The translations under genes and the position numbers were made by a program. A DNA stretch of 64,000 nucleotides from Phycisphaerae bacterium (GTDB lineage Bacteria > Planctomycetota > Phycisphaerae > UBA1845 > Fen-1342), in the NCBI GenBank assembly GCA_050115495.1, contig JASFQK010000024.1, forward strand, positions 31,039 to 95,038, in the 5' to 3' direction. Positions within the stretch are counted from its first letter, which is position 1; each line of letters begins with the position of its first letter. Under the pieces are notes generated by a model. It saw only the letters and a program-made list of their open reading frames with translations, was not told the DNA's origin and searched no databases. Positions 1 through 9,111 of this stretch are shown one piece after another.

Positions 1-393
<393 letters not shown>

Positions 394-504
394 TCACACC
401 TCCCCCGCCGACCATCGTGCGGCCGGTCGGCGACCAGCCACCGCAACTGCCGGGATCATGTCGCCTCCTTGCGTCCCGGACCGCCTGACCCGCCGGCCTT
501 ACGC

Positions 505-678
505 TTAGCTACCGGGCGGCGGCAACAGCGATCCGAACAGGCTCATCGCGCGAGCGCCGACGTAGAGCGTCGCCGCCAATACGAACAGAAACGCCACGAC
601 CACCAACGCCGTATAGATGTCGTTTTCCGCCGCTGGCCGACTGCTGGTCCGGGCCGGTCCTGTGTTGGGTAATGCCAT
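505..678 (-). CDS. Small (57 aa) single-TM membrane protein
   Basis: Manual translation MALPNTGPARTSSRPAAENDIYTALVVVAFLFVLAATLYVGARAMSLFGSLLPPGS*; GGGAG SD-like sequence upstream; sits between two co-oriented genes; below the ORF-track cutoff. Confidence 0.7.
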   Translation of the reverse strand: MALPNTGPARTSSRPAAENDIYTALVVVAFLFVLAATLYVGARAMSLFGSLLPPPGS

Positions 679-698
679 GATGCTGCTGCTCCCGCGGT

Positions 699-1574
699 CT
701 AGTTCCCGGTACCTTCCAGCCCGTAAGCCACGGCGTCGCCTGGCCGCACTTCTTCCTTGATCGTCTTCAGCTTGCCGCCGGCCTGGTCGGGCCAGACGCG
801 GTCGACGACGAGCTCGGCGACGAAGGACTCACCGCGGTGCACCATGAACGTCATGCCGGAGACGACGCCGGAAGTCTGCCCGATGTTGATGCTGGCGTAG
901 TTGCCGTCGATCGCGGTGACTTCGCCGCGGATGGGGCCGGCGACGGGCGCCGCGACGGGCATGACACCGGCGACGGTCTCACTCGCCGAGGCCACGCGGT
1001 GCCCCTCGGCCATGCGCTGCTGGAGCGCGGCGACCTGCTGCTCGGCGGCGTAGAGCTTCTCCTGCAGATTGCGAAGCTGGTCCGTCATGATGGTGACGTT
1101 GGAGGTCAGCTCCAGCACGCGGCTGTTCAGACGCGTGTTGCGGGTCTGCAAGTCGATGTTCTGCGTAAGCAACGCTTGGTTCTGCTTCTGGAGGGCGGTG
1201 TTCTCGCCGGTGAGCACGCCGAGCATCTCTTCGAGTTTCTTCCGGCCGGCGTCGGCGGCGACCGCCTCGTTGGTCCGGCGGGCAAGCTCGTTCTTCGAGT
1301 CGGCCAACTCGTTGGCCAGGTCCTGACGCTGCCGGTCGTTGACGTCCAGCTCCTGCGTGAGCCGCTGGATTTCGTCCTCCTTGATGGTCAGCGAGGCCTC
1401 GGCGACGCTCTGAACGCTGTTGCGCTCGGTGATGGCGGCACCAGCCTGCTCCTGATACTTCGTGGCCAGCTCCCGCCAGTTAACCCACTGGGCGGCGGCA
1501 GCGATGAACAGGCAGGACATCGCGATCGACAGGACGGCATTCAGGACGATGAACACTTTCGTCATGGTGCTCAC
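699..1574 (-). CDS. Membrane-anchored coiled-coil hypothetical protein with C-terminal beta-domain
   Basis: N-terminal TM helix, long heptad-rich region, C-terminal GEVTAIDGNYASINIGQTSGV motif. Confidence 0.8.
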   Translation of the reverse strand: MSTMTKVFIVLNAVLSIAMSCLFIAAAAQWVNWRELATKYQEQAGAAITERNSVQSVAEASLTIKEDEIQRLTQELDVNDRQRQDLANELADSKNELARRTNEAVAADAGRKKLEEMLGVLTGENTALQKQNQALLTQNIDLQTRNTRLNSRVLELTSNVTIMTDQLRNLQEKLYAAEQQVAALQQRMAEGHRVASASETVAGVMPVAAPVAGPIRGEVTAIDGNYASINIGQTSGVVSGMTFMVHRGESFVAELVVDRVWPDQAGGKLKTIKEEVRPGDAVAYGLEGTGN

Positions 1575-1811
1575 GAGCGAACTCCTTTACAACCTCAGGA
1601 GGAGTCAACCGTCGGCGACGTCGGCACCTGCGGGCAGACGCGGCCTGCTGTAGCCTTACAGGCCCGAACGGGACAGTCCGGTCGGGATTGTACGGGCCGT
1701 CCGGCACAATGCAACCCGGATTGTGCCACGTCAGTCCCGCCGGGGCAATGGCCGCGGTCCGGAGAAAGCGGCGGTTGCCAACGGCGCCCCGCACTCGCTA
1801 GGCTACGTACC

Positions 1812-2834
1812 ATGGAGCTCTCGGTAACGCTGCGTGAACCGCAGAAACGCGCCGGGCTGTTCGGGACGAGCGACCGGCACCTGCGGCGAATTCGCGACGA
1901 GTTGGGCGTGCGCCTGCTCGCCCGCAACGACGTTCTGCGCATCCAGGGCGAACCGGCCCAGGTGGCCCGGGCCGCCGCCGTCATCGAGTCCCTCCAGGAG
2001 CTGCTCCACGGCCGGGAATTCCTGGACGATGAGGACGTGGCCGAAGTACTGGCGAAAACCGGGGACCGGGTGGCCGCCAGCGACCCCGACGCCCTGCCGG
2101 TCTTCACCGGCCACACCGTCATCCGGGCCCGCACCGATGGCCAGCGGCACTACATCCACGCCATGCTGAACCACGACCTGGTCTTCTGCGTGGGGCCGGC
2201 GGGGACCGGTAAGACCTACCTGGCCGTCGCCGTCGCCATCCACCTGCTGAAGGCCGGCAAGACGAACCGCATCGCCTTGGTCCGGCCGGCGGTCGAGGCG
2301 GGCGAGAAGCTGGGCTTCCTACCCGGGGACCTGCAGCAGAAGGTGAACCCCTACCTGCGGCCGCTGTTCGACGCCATGCACGACATGATGACGTTCGACC
2401 AGCTCAAGCGTTTCCTGGTCAACGACGTGGTGGAGGTCATCCCCCTGGCCTACATGCGGGGACGGACGCTGAACAACGCGGTGATCATCCTCGACGAAGC
2501 GCAGAACTGCACGCCGTCGCAGATGCTCATGTTCCTCACGCGGCTGGGCCATCACAGCAAGATGATCGTGACGGGAGACGACAGCCAGAGTGACCTGGAG
2601 CCGGGGCAGCCGTCGGGCCTGATCGACGCCCTGCATCGGCTGCGCGGCATCCCGGGCATCGATATCCTCCGTCTGACCGACGCGGATATAATCCGTCATC
2701 GCCTCGTGCAGGCGGTAGTGGCTCGTTACGCAGACACCGCGGCAGCGAGCCGGAACAGGCGAGCCGAGACCGATAATCCGGGCATGTCCTCGCACGCCGC
2801 CGGCGAGTCCGATAGCGCACCGGCGGCGGGCTGA
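1812..2834 (+). CDS. phoH: PhoH-family ATPase (YbeZ-like)
   Basis: GPAGTGKTYLA Walker A, RPAVEAGEKLGFLPGDL, YMRGRTL, LDEAQN. Real start ATG 1812 within ORF 837..2834. Confidence 0.95.
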   Translation: MELSVTLREPQKRAGLFGTSDRHLRRIRDELGVRLLARNDVLRIQGEPAQVARAAAVIESLQELLHGREFLDDEDVAEVLAKTGDRVAASDPDALPVFTGHTVIRARTDGQRHYIHAMLNHDLVFCVGPAGTGKTYLAVAVAIHLLKAGKTNRIALVRPAVEAGEKLGFLPGDLQQKVNPYLRPLFDAMHDMMTFDQLKRFLVNDVVEVIPLAYMRGRTLNNAVIILDEAQNCTPSQMLMFLTRLGHHSKMIVTGDDSQSDLEPGQPSGLIDALHRLRGIPGIDILRLTDADIIRHRLVQAVVARYADTAAASRNRRAETDNPGMSSHAAGESDSAPAAG

Positions 2835-2869
2835 AGTTCCCGCCCGGGCGTGTCGAAGGCGCTATTCTG

Positions 2870-5305
2870 ATGTGGCCGTTTGCCAAGAAATCAGCGCGTC
2901 GCCAGGAGATACGCCGCTCGCGTACCGAGCGCGGTGCCGGGCGCGTGTCGCGCCTGCTCGGCCAGGAGCAGTTGCTGCGGGCCGTCTTCCTGGCGGGCGT
3001 GGCGGTGGCGGCGGCGATCCTGCTGAACATCGGGGGGGATGTGCTGCCGTACCGGATTGGGCAGTCGGTGCCGCGGGCGGTGGCCTCACGCTGCGAATTC
3101 TCCGTCGACAACCAGGCGCGGACGCTCGAAAAGCGCTTGCAGGCCTACAACACGGCCGACACCTACTATGAGCTCGACGCGTCGCTGGTACGCGACATTC
3201 GCGGCCGGCTGACCAACGCCCTGCAACTGGCCAAGGAGCACGCCGCCGACCCGGCCGAACTGGTGGCCGAGGCGCGGAAGGTGCGGATCGTGCTGGACGA
3301 CGCCGGCCGGGACGAGCTGATACGGATGGCGACGCTGACCGACACCGCCGAGTTACAGGCGGCGGTGGAGCGTTTCCAGCGTGCGGTGGACAGCGCCATC
3401 AGCCGGCTGGTCTTCCCGCCCTACCAGCTTCCGATTCTGGTCGAGGCGGTGGAGCCGTCGCGGCGAAGGACGCCGCTGAACGCGATCCTGGTGGATCCGG
3501 GTGAGCCACAGGCGAACACGCCCGCGCAACGGCGGGCGGTGCCGGTGGCCCGGCTGCTGAGCACGTCGCGTCCGGATGCGGGTGAGACCGTCGCCGAGGC
3601 CGTGGCGCAGGCCTTCTCGGCCCCGCTGCGGGCGAGCATGCAGGCCTCGATTCTGGCGATGCTGCGTGGCGAGGGCGAAGGTGAGGGCAGTCTGCGGCCG
3701 GTGTACCGGTATCTGCCGGAGCAATCGGAACGGGCCGCCCTCGAAGCCCGCGATCGCGTCGAGACGCAGACGGACACGTACGCGACCGATCAGCAGCTCA
3801 TCGCCGCCGGCCCGATCACCAAAGAGGAATACACCCTCCTGCAAGCGGAGCACGACGCGTACAACACCTGGGTCGCCACCGCGGGGGCGCCGACAACGGA
3901 GCCGGGCGGCGTGGCGGAGTCTGTTGAAGGGGGTGTGCTCGATCGTGAGGCGGCGCAGGCCGCGGCGGCTCGGGCGGCCTGGCGAGCCAGTTGGCTGTCG
4001 GCCGCCGGTCGCGGGCTGCTCGCCCTACTGGTGACGCTGGGTCTGGCGTATCTCGTCTGGCAGATGAAGGGGCGGGTGCGCATCGACCCGCGGCGGCAAC
4101 TGCTCGCGACGGGGCTGCTCATGGGGCTGCTGGCGGTGGCCCGACTGCTGTACGTGCTGACGGGTGTGCCGCACTATGCGGTCGGCGTGCAGGCCTTTGC
4201 GGCTGTGCTGCTGGCCATCGCCCTGGCCCGCGGGCCAGTGCTGGCGGTTTGCGGGGCGCTGGCCCTGCTGATCACGATCGCCACGCGACAGGGCGTCGGC
4301 TTCTTCCTGCTGCTGATGTCGGTGTCGATGGTGCTGCTGGCGGGTTTGCGCGACATTCGCAGCCGCGGGAAGATCGTGGCCGTGGGCAGTGCCGCCGGCG
4401 CGGTGGCCCTGGTTACGGGGCTGGCGGTGGGGCTGATCAACGGGCAGACGCTGAGCTTCGCGTTCTGGCGGCAGGCGGCGCTGGCCGCGGGGGCGACGTT
4501 GGCGGCGGCGTTCATCATCGAGGGCATCCTGCCCACCATCGAGCGGCTCTTCCACTTCAGCACGAGCATGACGCTGCTGGAATGGTGCGATGCCAGCAAG
4601 CGGCTGCTGCGGCTGCTGGCCGCCGAGGCACCGGGCACATACAACCATAGCTTGTTGGTCGGGACGCTCGCGGAGTCGGCGGCGGAGGCTGTCGGGGCCA
4701 ACGGCCTGTTGGCCCGTACCGGGGCCTACTACCACGACGTCGGCAAGATCAACAAGCCCGAGTATTTCGCCGAGAACCAGGCCATGGGCGTCAGCCGGCA
4801 CGACCGCCTCTCGCCGGCGATGAGCCACCTCATCATCATCGGGCACGTGAAAGACGGCATCGAAATGGCGGTCGAGTATGGCCTGCCGGCCAGCCTGCAC
4901 CCGTTCATCGGCGAGCATCACGGCACGACGCTCGTGCAGTACTTCTATCACGCGGCCAGCATGCAGCGCAAACCGGGCGATCGCGAGGTGTCGGACGTCG
5001 AGTTCCGCTATCCGGGGCCGAAGCCACAGTCGAAAGAGACGGCGATCGTCATGCTCTGCGACGGCGTCGAAGGCGCGGTGCGGGCCATGCCCGAACCAAC
5101 CGCTGGCCGGATCGAGGACGTCGTCACCAAGATCGCCCAGCAACGTCTCGTGGACGGGCAGTTCGACGAGTGCGACCTGACGTTCCGCGAGCTCGAGACG
5201 ATCGAGCGCAGCCTGGTGAAGAGCCTCTGCGCCATCTACCACTCGCGTATTCAGTATCCCGAGCGCGGCGACGAGGAGAAGACGGTCAACTCGCGGGCGT
5301 CGTAG
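2870..5305 (+). CDS. 7TM-HD (HDIG) phosphohydrolase, PgpH-like cyclic-dinucleotide phosphodiesterase
   Basis: Extracellular domain, about 7 TM helices, APGTYNHSLLV, YYHDVGK, EHHGTTLVQYFY, FRYPGPKPQSKE; classic phoH-7TM-HD-ybeY order. Confidence 0.9.
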   Translation: MWPFAKKSARRQEIRRSRTERGAGRVSRLLGQEQLLRAVFLAGVAVAAAILLNIGGDVLPYRIGQSVPRAVASRCEFSVDNQARTLEKRLQAYNTADTYYELDASLVRDIRGRLTNALQLAKEHAADPAELVAEARKVRIVLDDAGRDELIRMATLTDTAELQAAVERFQRAVDSAISRLVFPPYQLPILVEAVEPSRRRTPLNAILVDPGEPQANTPAQRRAVPVARLLSTSRPDAGETVAEAVAQAFSAPLRASMQASILAMLRGEGEGEGSLRPVYRYLPEQSERAALEARDRVETQTDTYATDQQLIAAGPITKEEYTLLQAEHDAYNTWVATAGAPTTEPGGVAESVEGGVLDREAAQAAAARAAWRASWLSAAGRGLLALLVTLGLAYLVWQMKGRVRIDPRRQLLATGLLMGLLAVARLLYVLTGVPHYAVGVQAFAAVLLAIALARGPVLAVCGALALLITIATRQGVGFFLLLMSVSMVLLAGLRDIRSRGKIVAVGSAAGAVALVTGLAVGLINGQTLSFAFWRQAALAAGATLAAAFIIEGILPTIERLFHFSTSMTLLEWCDASKRLLRLLAAEAPGTYNHSLLVGTLAESAAEAVGANGLLARTGAYYHDVGKINKPEYFAENQAMGVSRHDRLSPAMSHLIIIGHVKDGIEMAVEYGLPASLHPFIGEHHGTTLVQYFYHAASMQRKPGDREVSDVEFRYPGPKPQSKETAIVMLCDGVEGAVRAMPEPTAGRIEDVVTKIAQQRLVDGQFDECDLTFRELETIERSLVKSLCAIYHSRIQYPERGDEEKTVNSRAS

Positions 5306-5348
5306 CCGCGAGCGTCGTGCGCTGTCCAGGCAACCTGGGGTCCCACCC

Positions 5349-5822
5349 ATGCGTCCCGCTCAACCGCCGCTGGACATCACCGTTTCGTGGCAGCTTCGCG
5401 AGTCGTGGCGGGCACTGCGCCTGCTGTGGCAGGTGGCCGGGCACGTGGCGGCGGCGGAGGGTTTTCACAGCGGGTCGTTGTCGGTGGTGGTCGTCGGGGC
5501 GCGGGCCATGAGTACGCTGCATCAGCGGTATCGCGGGCAGCCGGGGCCAACGGACGTGCTGGCGTTCGACCTGGGGACGGAGCGGCGGCGGGGGATTCTC
5601 GACGGGGAGATCGTGCTGTGCGCTGACGTGGCTCGCCGGCGGGCCGGGCGGCGCGGCTTGGCGCCGGCCCGGGCCGAGCTGGCGCTGTACCTGGCACATG
5701 GCGTGCTGCACCTGGCGGGGTATGACGATCACAGCCCGGCGGGCTTCCGGCGGATGCACGCCCGGGAGGATGACCTGCTGAGCGAGCTCGGTCTGGGACG
5801 GGTGTTCGCGCGGGGCGCATAA
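5349..5822 (+). CDS. ybeY: rRNA maturation endoribonuclease YbeY
   Basis: PTDVLAF and HGVLHLAGYDDH (H3XH5XH) motifs. Confidence 0.93.
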   Translation: MRPAQPPLDITVSWQLRESWRALRLLWQVAGHVAAAEGFHSGSLSVVVVGARAMSTLHQRYRGQPGPTDVLAFDLGTERRRGILDGEIVLCADVARRRAGRRGLAPARAELALYLAHGVLHLAGYDDHSPAGFRRMHAREDDLLSELGLGRVFARGA

Positions 5823-6001
5823 GCCGACAACGGGCGACGGGCCGTTTTTCCACTTTGCAGCGGGGGGCCGCAGTAGTATGTTGAGCGATGGAACGCCCGC
5901 ACGGGATGCAGGCTGTTTGACGGGGCGGCATGTCCCTGGCGCCGGGCGCCTGCGGAGGCCTGGGCAGAGGGGGGCCGACCAAGTACGCCGGGAGGAGCCC
6001 G

Positions 6002-6853
6002 ATGGCGCGGATGAGTTGTCCCCACTGCGGGCAGCAGTATCGTCTCCCCGAGGGACGGCTGGGGCAGAAAATGCGTTGCGCATGGTGTGGGTCCACGTTC
6101 GTGGCCGGGACCGACGAACACAACACATCTCCGCCGCTGCCGGCCAAGCCAGCCAAAGCAGCGGCACCAGCGAGACCGGTTAGAGCAACCAAGCCGGCCG
6201 CAGAGGCCGGCACGCTGCGCGTGTCCTGTCCGAACTGCCAGGCGCACATCAAGCTCCCGGCCAGTGCCGCCGGACGACGGCTGAAGTGCCCGAAGTGCGG
6301 CAAGGTGCTGCGGGCGCCGGGGTCGAGCCCGGCACCGGCTGCCGTACCACCCCCACCGCCGGCACGAGAACCAGCACGTCAAACCGCGAGTGGCGTTGGC
6401 GACGACGACTTCGAAGACCTGATGGCCACGGAGCGTGCCGGCGAGGCGATCGCGGTTGAACGTCCCGTGATGCGAGCCCCGCAGCCGATACCGGAGGCCA
6501 CGGAGACGCCCGCCGCGAGCGAACGATCGTTCTCGTTGTCGATCGGGCCACTGAGCAATCCGTGGATGCTGGCGCTCGCCATCGTGGTCGCATTCACGGT
6601 GACGTTGCTGATCGCGGACGTGGCTCCGGTAATCGGATTGATCGGCCTATGCCTCGCGGCGCTGTTCCAACTTGGCCTGGGGCTGTGCGTGCTGGTCTGT
6701 GCCTTCCGGGAATCCGTGCTCACCGGCATCCTGTGCCTGTGTCTGCCCTTCTACGTGCTGTACTTCATCTATGTGACCTGTGATGACTCACGGCTGAAAG
6801 CGATGTTCAGCGCGTCGCTGGCGATGAACGTCCTGGCCTGGGCCCTGCCATAG
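6002..6853 (+). CDS. Double zinc-ribbon (MJ0042-like) protein with C-terminal membrane domain
   Basis: Two CxxC-x17-CxxC ribbons (CPHC..CAWC; CPNC..CPKC), Pro-rich linker, TM helices. Start chosen at ATG 6002. Confidence 0.75.
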   Translation: MARMSCPHCGQQYRLPEGRLGQKMRCAWCGSTFVAGTDEHNTSPPLPAKPAKAAAPARPVRATKPAAEAGTLRVSCPNCQAHIKLPASAAGRRLKCPKCGKVLRAPGSSPAPAAVPPPPPAREPARQTASGVGDDDFEDLMATERAGEAIAVERPVMRAPQPIPEATETPAASERSFSLSIGPLSNPWMLALAIVVAFTVTLLIADVAPVIGLIGLCLAALFQLGLGLCVLVCAFRESVLTGILCLCLPFYVLYFIYVTCDDSRLKAMFSASLAMNVLAWALP

Positions 6854-6861
6854 CGCGTCAT

Positions 6862-7323
6862 ATGATTGCCCCCACCCAACGAGCCGTCGCACTCCGCACG
6901 CCCAGCCAGCGCTGGTTCGGGCGGCGCAGCGGCGTGGTCGCGTGGGTGATTCTGGCGTTCGCGCTCGTTCACCCGGCGCACGGCCTGGGCTTACCGATTT
7001 GCATGTGGCGGGCGGCGGCCGACGTGCCCTGCCCCGGATGCGGGATGGCCCGCAGCTTGAGCTGCACGCTGCGCGGCGACATCACACAGGCGTGTGCATA
7101 TCACCCGTTCGGCCCGATCTTCGCCGGGCTGTTCGTGGTCATGGGCGTGGTGGGGTACCTGCCGGAATCCGCCCGCGGGCGCTTCATGGCGTGCCTGGAC
7201 CGTCATGGCAGGTGGACAACAGCCGCCTACGTCACGCTCATCGGCGCGTTCCTGGTGTTCGGAGCGGTCCGGGCCCTGGTGGCGTTCGGCCACAACCTCG
7301 CCGGCGGCGCGCCGTGCGGCTGA
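6862..7323 (+). CDS. DUF2752-family membrane protein
   Basis: LPICMWR..PCPGCGMARS..LRGD..A..YHP motif. Confidence 0.85.
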   Translation: MIAPTQRAVALRTPSQRWFGRRSGVVAWVILAFALVHPAHGLGLPICMWRAAADVPCPGCGMARSLSCTLRGDITQACAYHPFGPIFAGLFVVMGVVGYLPESARGRFMACLDRHGRWTTAAYVTLIGAFLVFGAVRALVAFGHNLAGGAPCG

Positions 7324-7333
7324 CGGCGTTCGT

Positions 7334-7981
7334 CTACCGCCGCCGCAGCAGTCCCAACCCAGCGGCGAGCACGAGGACCGGGCTCGTCGGCTCGGGGACT
7401 GGGGTCGCCGACACGGTGAACTGGAACGCGTCCATACCATCTATGGATTCGAAAAACGGCATGGGCACGGTCATCGTGTTACCGTCCACGCGCAGCAGCC
7501 ACTGCGTGCCGACCGGCGGGCCGCCCTCGACACCGTCGGGAACACTGATCAGTTCGAGCGTGTACACCCAGTCGGCCGGCGGCTTGTAGTAGCTGTCGGC
7601 GCGGATGGAGAAGTACATCGTGTCTTCAAGCTCTGAACCCGGTTCGGCCCAGACGTGGATGGGCCCCCAGGTCTTGGAGTCGCCGGGGTCCATCTTGGCC
7701 TTGTGGTCGGTCCGATAAAATCCGGTCGGCCCGGTCCATTCCGGCGGGTTAAACTCGTGGTAGATGGACGCATGCCCGTCGCCGGTGAGCTCGTCCGGCC
7801 AATCGAGCTGGTCGTCCCAGTCGTCCGTGGCGTCGGACCTGACGCCGAACTGGTGCATGGTTCAGCCGCAACCGGGGCCGTAGTCGTAGAAGAAGCGGAA
7901 TTGCTCGGCATCGGCGGCGGCCGGTTCGTTCAAGGCCGTCGCCGCCACGATCAGGCCCAGTGCCCAGACCCAGCGCTGCAT
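7334..7981 (-). CDS. Secreted PEP-CTERM protein with in-frame TGA at codon 40 (candidate selenoprotein; alternatively a nonsense-interrupted gene)
   Basis: GGAG SD, ATG 7981, signal peptide MQRWVWALGLIVAATAL..AAADA, then ..GPGCG-TGA(7864-7862)-TMHQFG.. in the same frame through to VPEPTSPVLVLAAGLGLLRRR*. Confidence 0.75.
7817..7853 (-). promoter_or_regulatory. Putative bacterial SECIS element
   Basis: CCAGUUC-GGCGUC-[AGGUCC]-GACGCC-ACGGACGACUGG: 6-bp upper stem, loop starting 21 nt after the UGA with G at loop position 2, lower stem CCAGU/ACUGG. Confidence 0.65.
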
Positions 7982-8293
7982 TCTGTAGCTCCGCACCGCC
8001 CCGCTGCCACTTGTCACCGACGCCAGCCGGCCCACTGCGGCGCGCAGATCATCCCTGCAACTCGTTCGAGCGAAAGGGATTACCCAGCGCACTTCCAGTC
8101 TCCGGCCCCAACCGACTCGCCGCTGGGTCGATTCTACTGAAACACGTGTCTCAAAACAACCCAGAGCCACCGGGCCGTGGAACGGTATGCGGAATCGGGC
8201 GCGGTATGCGAGGCACGATGTCGCTGCCCCCCTGCCCATCCTGGCCGGTCCGTATAGAATGCCCACAGGCGCCAGCAGGAGGTATGACTGCGG

Positions 8294-9100
8294 ATGTTGC
8301 CGGGTCGCCGTGTGGGCGGATTCACGTTGATCGAGCTGCTCGTCGTCGTCGCGATTATCGCGGTGCTGCTGGCGATTCTGCTGCCGTCGCTCGCTCATGC
8401 GCGGGCCGCGGCCCGGGTCGCCGTCTGCGCGAGCAATCTGCGGCAGCTCGGGGCGGCCGTTCACGTTTACGCGAACAACAACGACGGGCTCATTCCCCGC
8501 GGGCCGGACGGAGCACACCCCTACGACATCACCGGCAACCAGATGGCCACGAACCAGTTGTGGATCGGCTCCGGCACCGCCCCGCCGCCCACCGTCCCGC
8601 ACATGTACCAGGGTCTCGGCCCCCTGCTGAAAACCACCTGCCCCGAAGCGCGAGCCTTCTTCTGCCCGGCGGACGGCAAGCAGAACCTGCAACAGGAGCT
8701 GCCCAAGATCGGCACCGACGAGGACGCCTACGGTTCGTACCTGTATCGCCAGCTCGACCAGTTGCCCGAGGGCTACGAACGCGGTTTGCTCGACACGCTC
8801 GGCGAGAACATCGTCGACGAGGTCGCGATCCCCGTGGAAACCCTGGCCTTCGACATGAACAGCTTCGGTCCCGAGCCGTATTATCAGGCCAACCACGACG
8901 GGCTCGTCGTCAACGTGCTGTACCGCGACGGCTCGGTTCGGCGATTCGCCATGCGCGACGACTGCCTGGCGATCCCGCTCGAAGCCTTCTTCTCGCCGAC
9001 GGGGATCTTCACCGCGCTCGACCAGATCCTGGTTAACGCGGACTACGCCTACCGCACGGGCCGGCCCGCCGAAGCGCCGCGCCTGGAGACCGTCAAATAG
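8294..9100 (+). CDS. Prepilin-type N-terminal cleavage/methylation (DUF1559-like) protein
   Basis: [44 protein letters not shown]. Confidence 0.9.
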   Translation: MLPGRRVGGFTLIELLVVVAIIAVLLAILLPSLAHARAAARVAVCASNLRQLGAAVHVYANNNDGLIPRGPDGAHPYDITGNQMATNQLWIGSGTAPPPTVPHMYQGLGPLLKTTCPEARAFFCPADGKQNLQQELPKIGTDEDAYGSYLYRQLDQLPEGYERGLLDTLGENIVDEVAIPVETLAFDMNSFGPEPYYQANHDGLVVNVLYRDGSVRRFAMRDDCLAIPLEAFFSPTGIFTALDQILVNADYAYRTGRPAEAPRLETVK

Positions 9101-9111
9101 GATCCTTAGCC

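Noticed and set aside
837..1811. Apparent long N-terminal extension of the PhoH ORF (665 aa)
   Set aside because: It is the antisense shadow of the 699-1574 gene; PhoH homology starts at ATG 1812.
7312..7345. The DUF2752 gene also ends in Cys-Gly-TGA followed by a hairpin (CGGCG..CGCCG)
   Set aside because: The domain is complete, readthrough would run antisense into the PEP-CTERM gene, and the hairpin starts immediately at the stop with no G at the start of the loop. It is an ordinary stop.
8183..8211. Direct repeat CGGTATGCG twice in the divergent PEP-CTERM/prepilin intergenic region
   Set aside because: Only two short copies and no recognisable promoter context; too weak to call.
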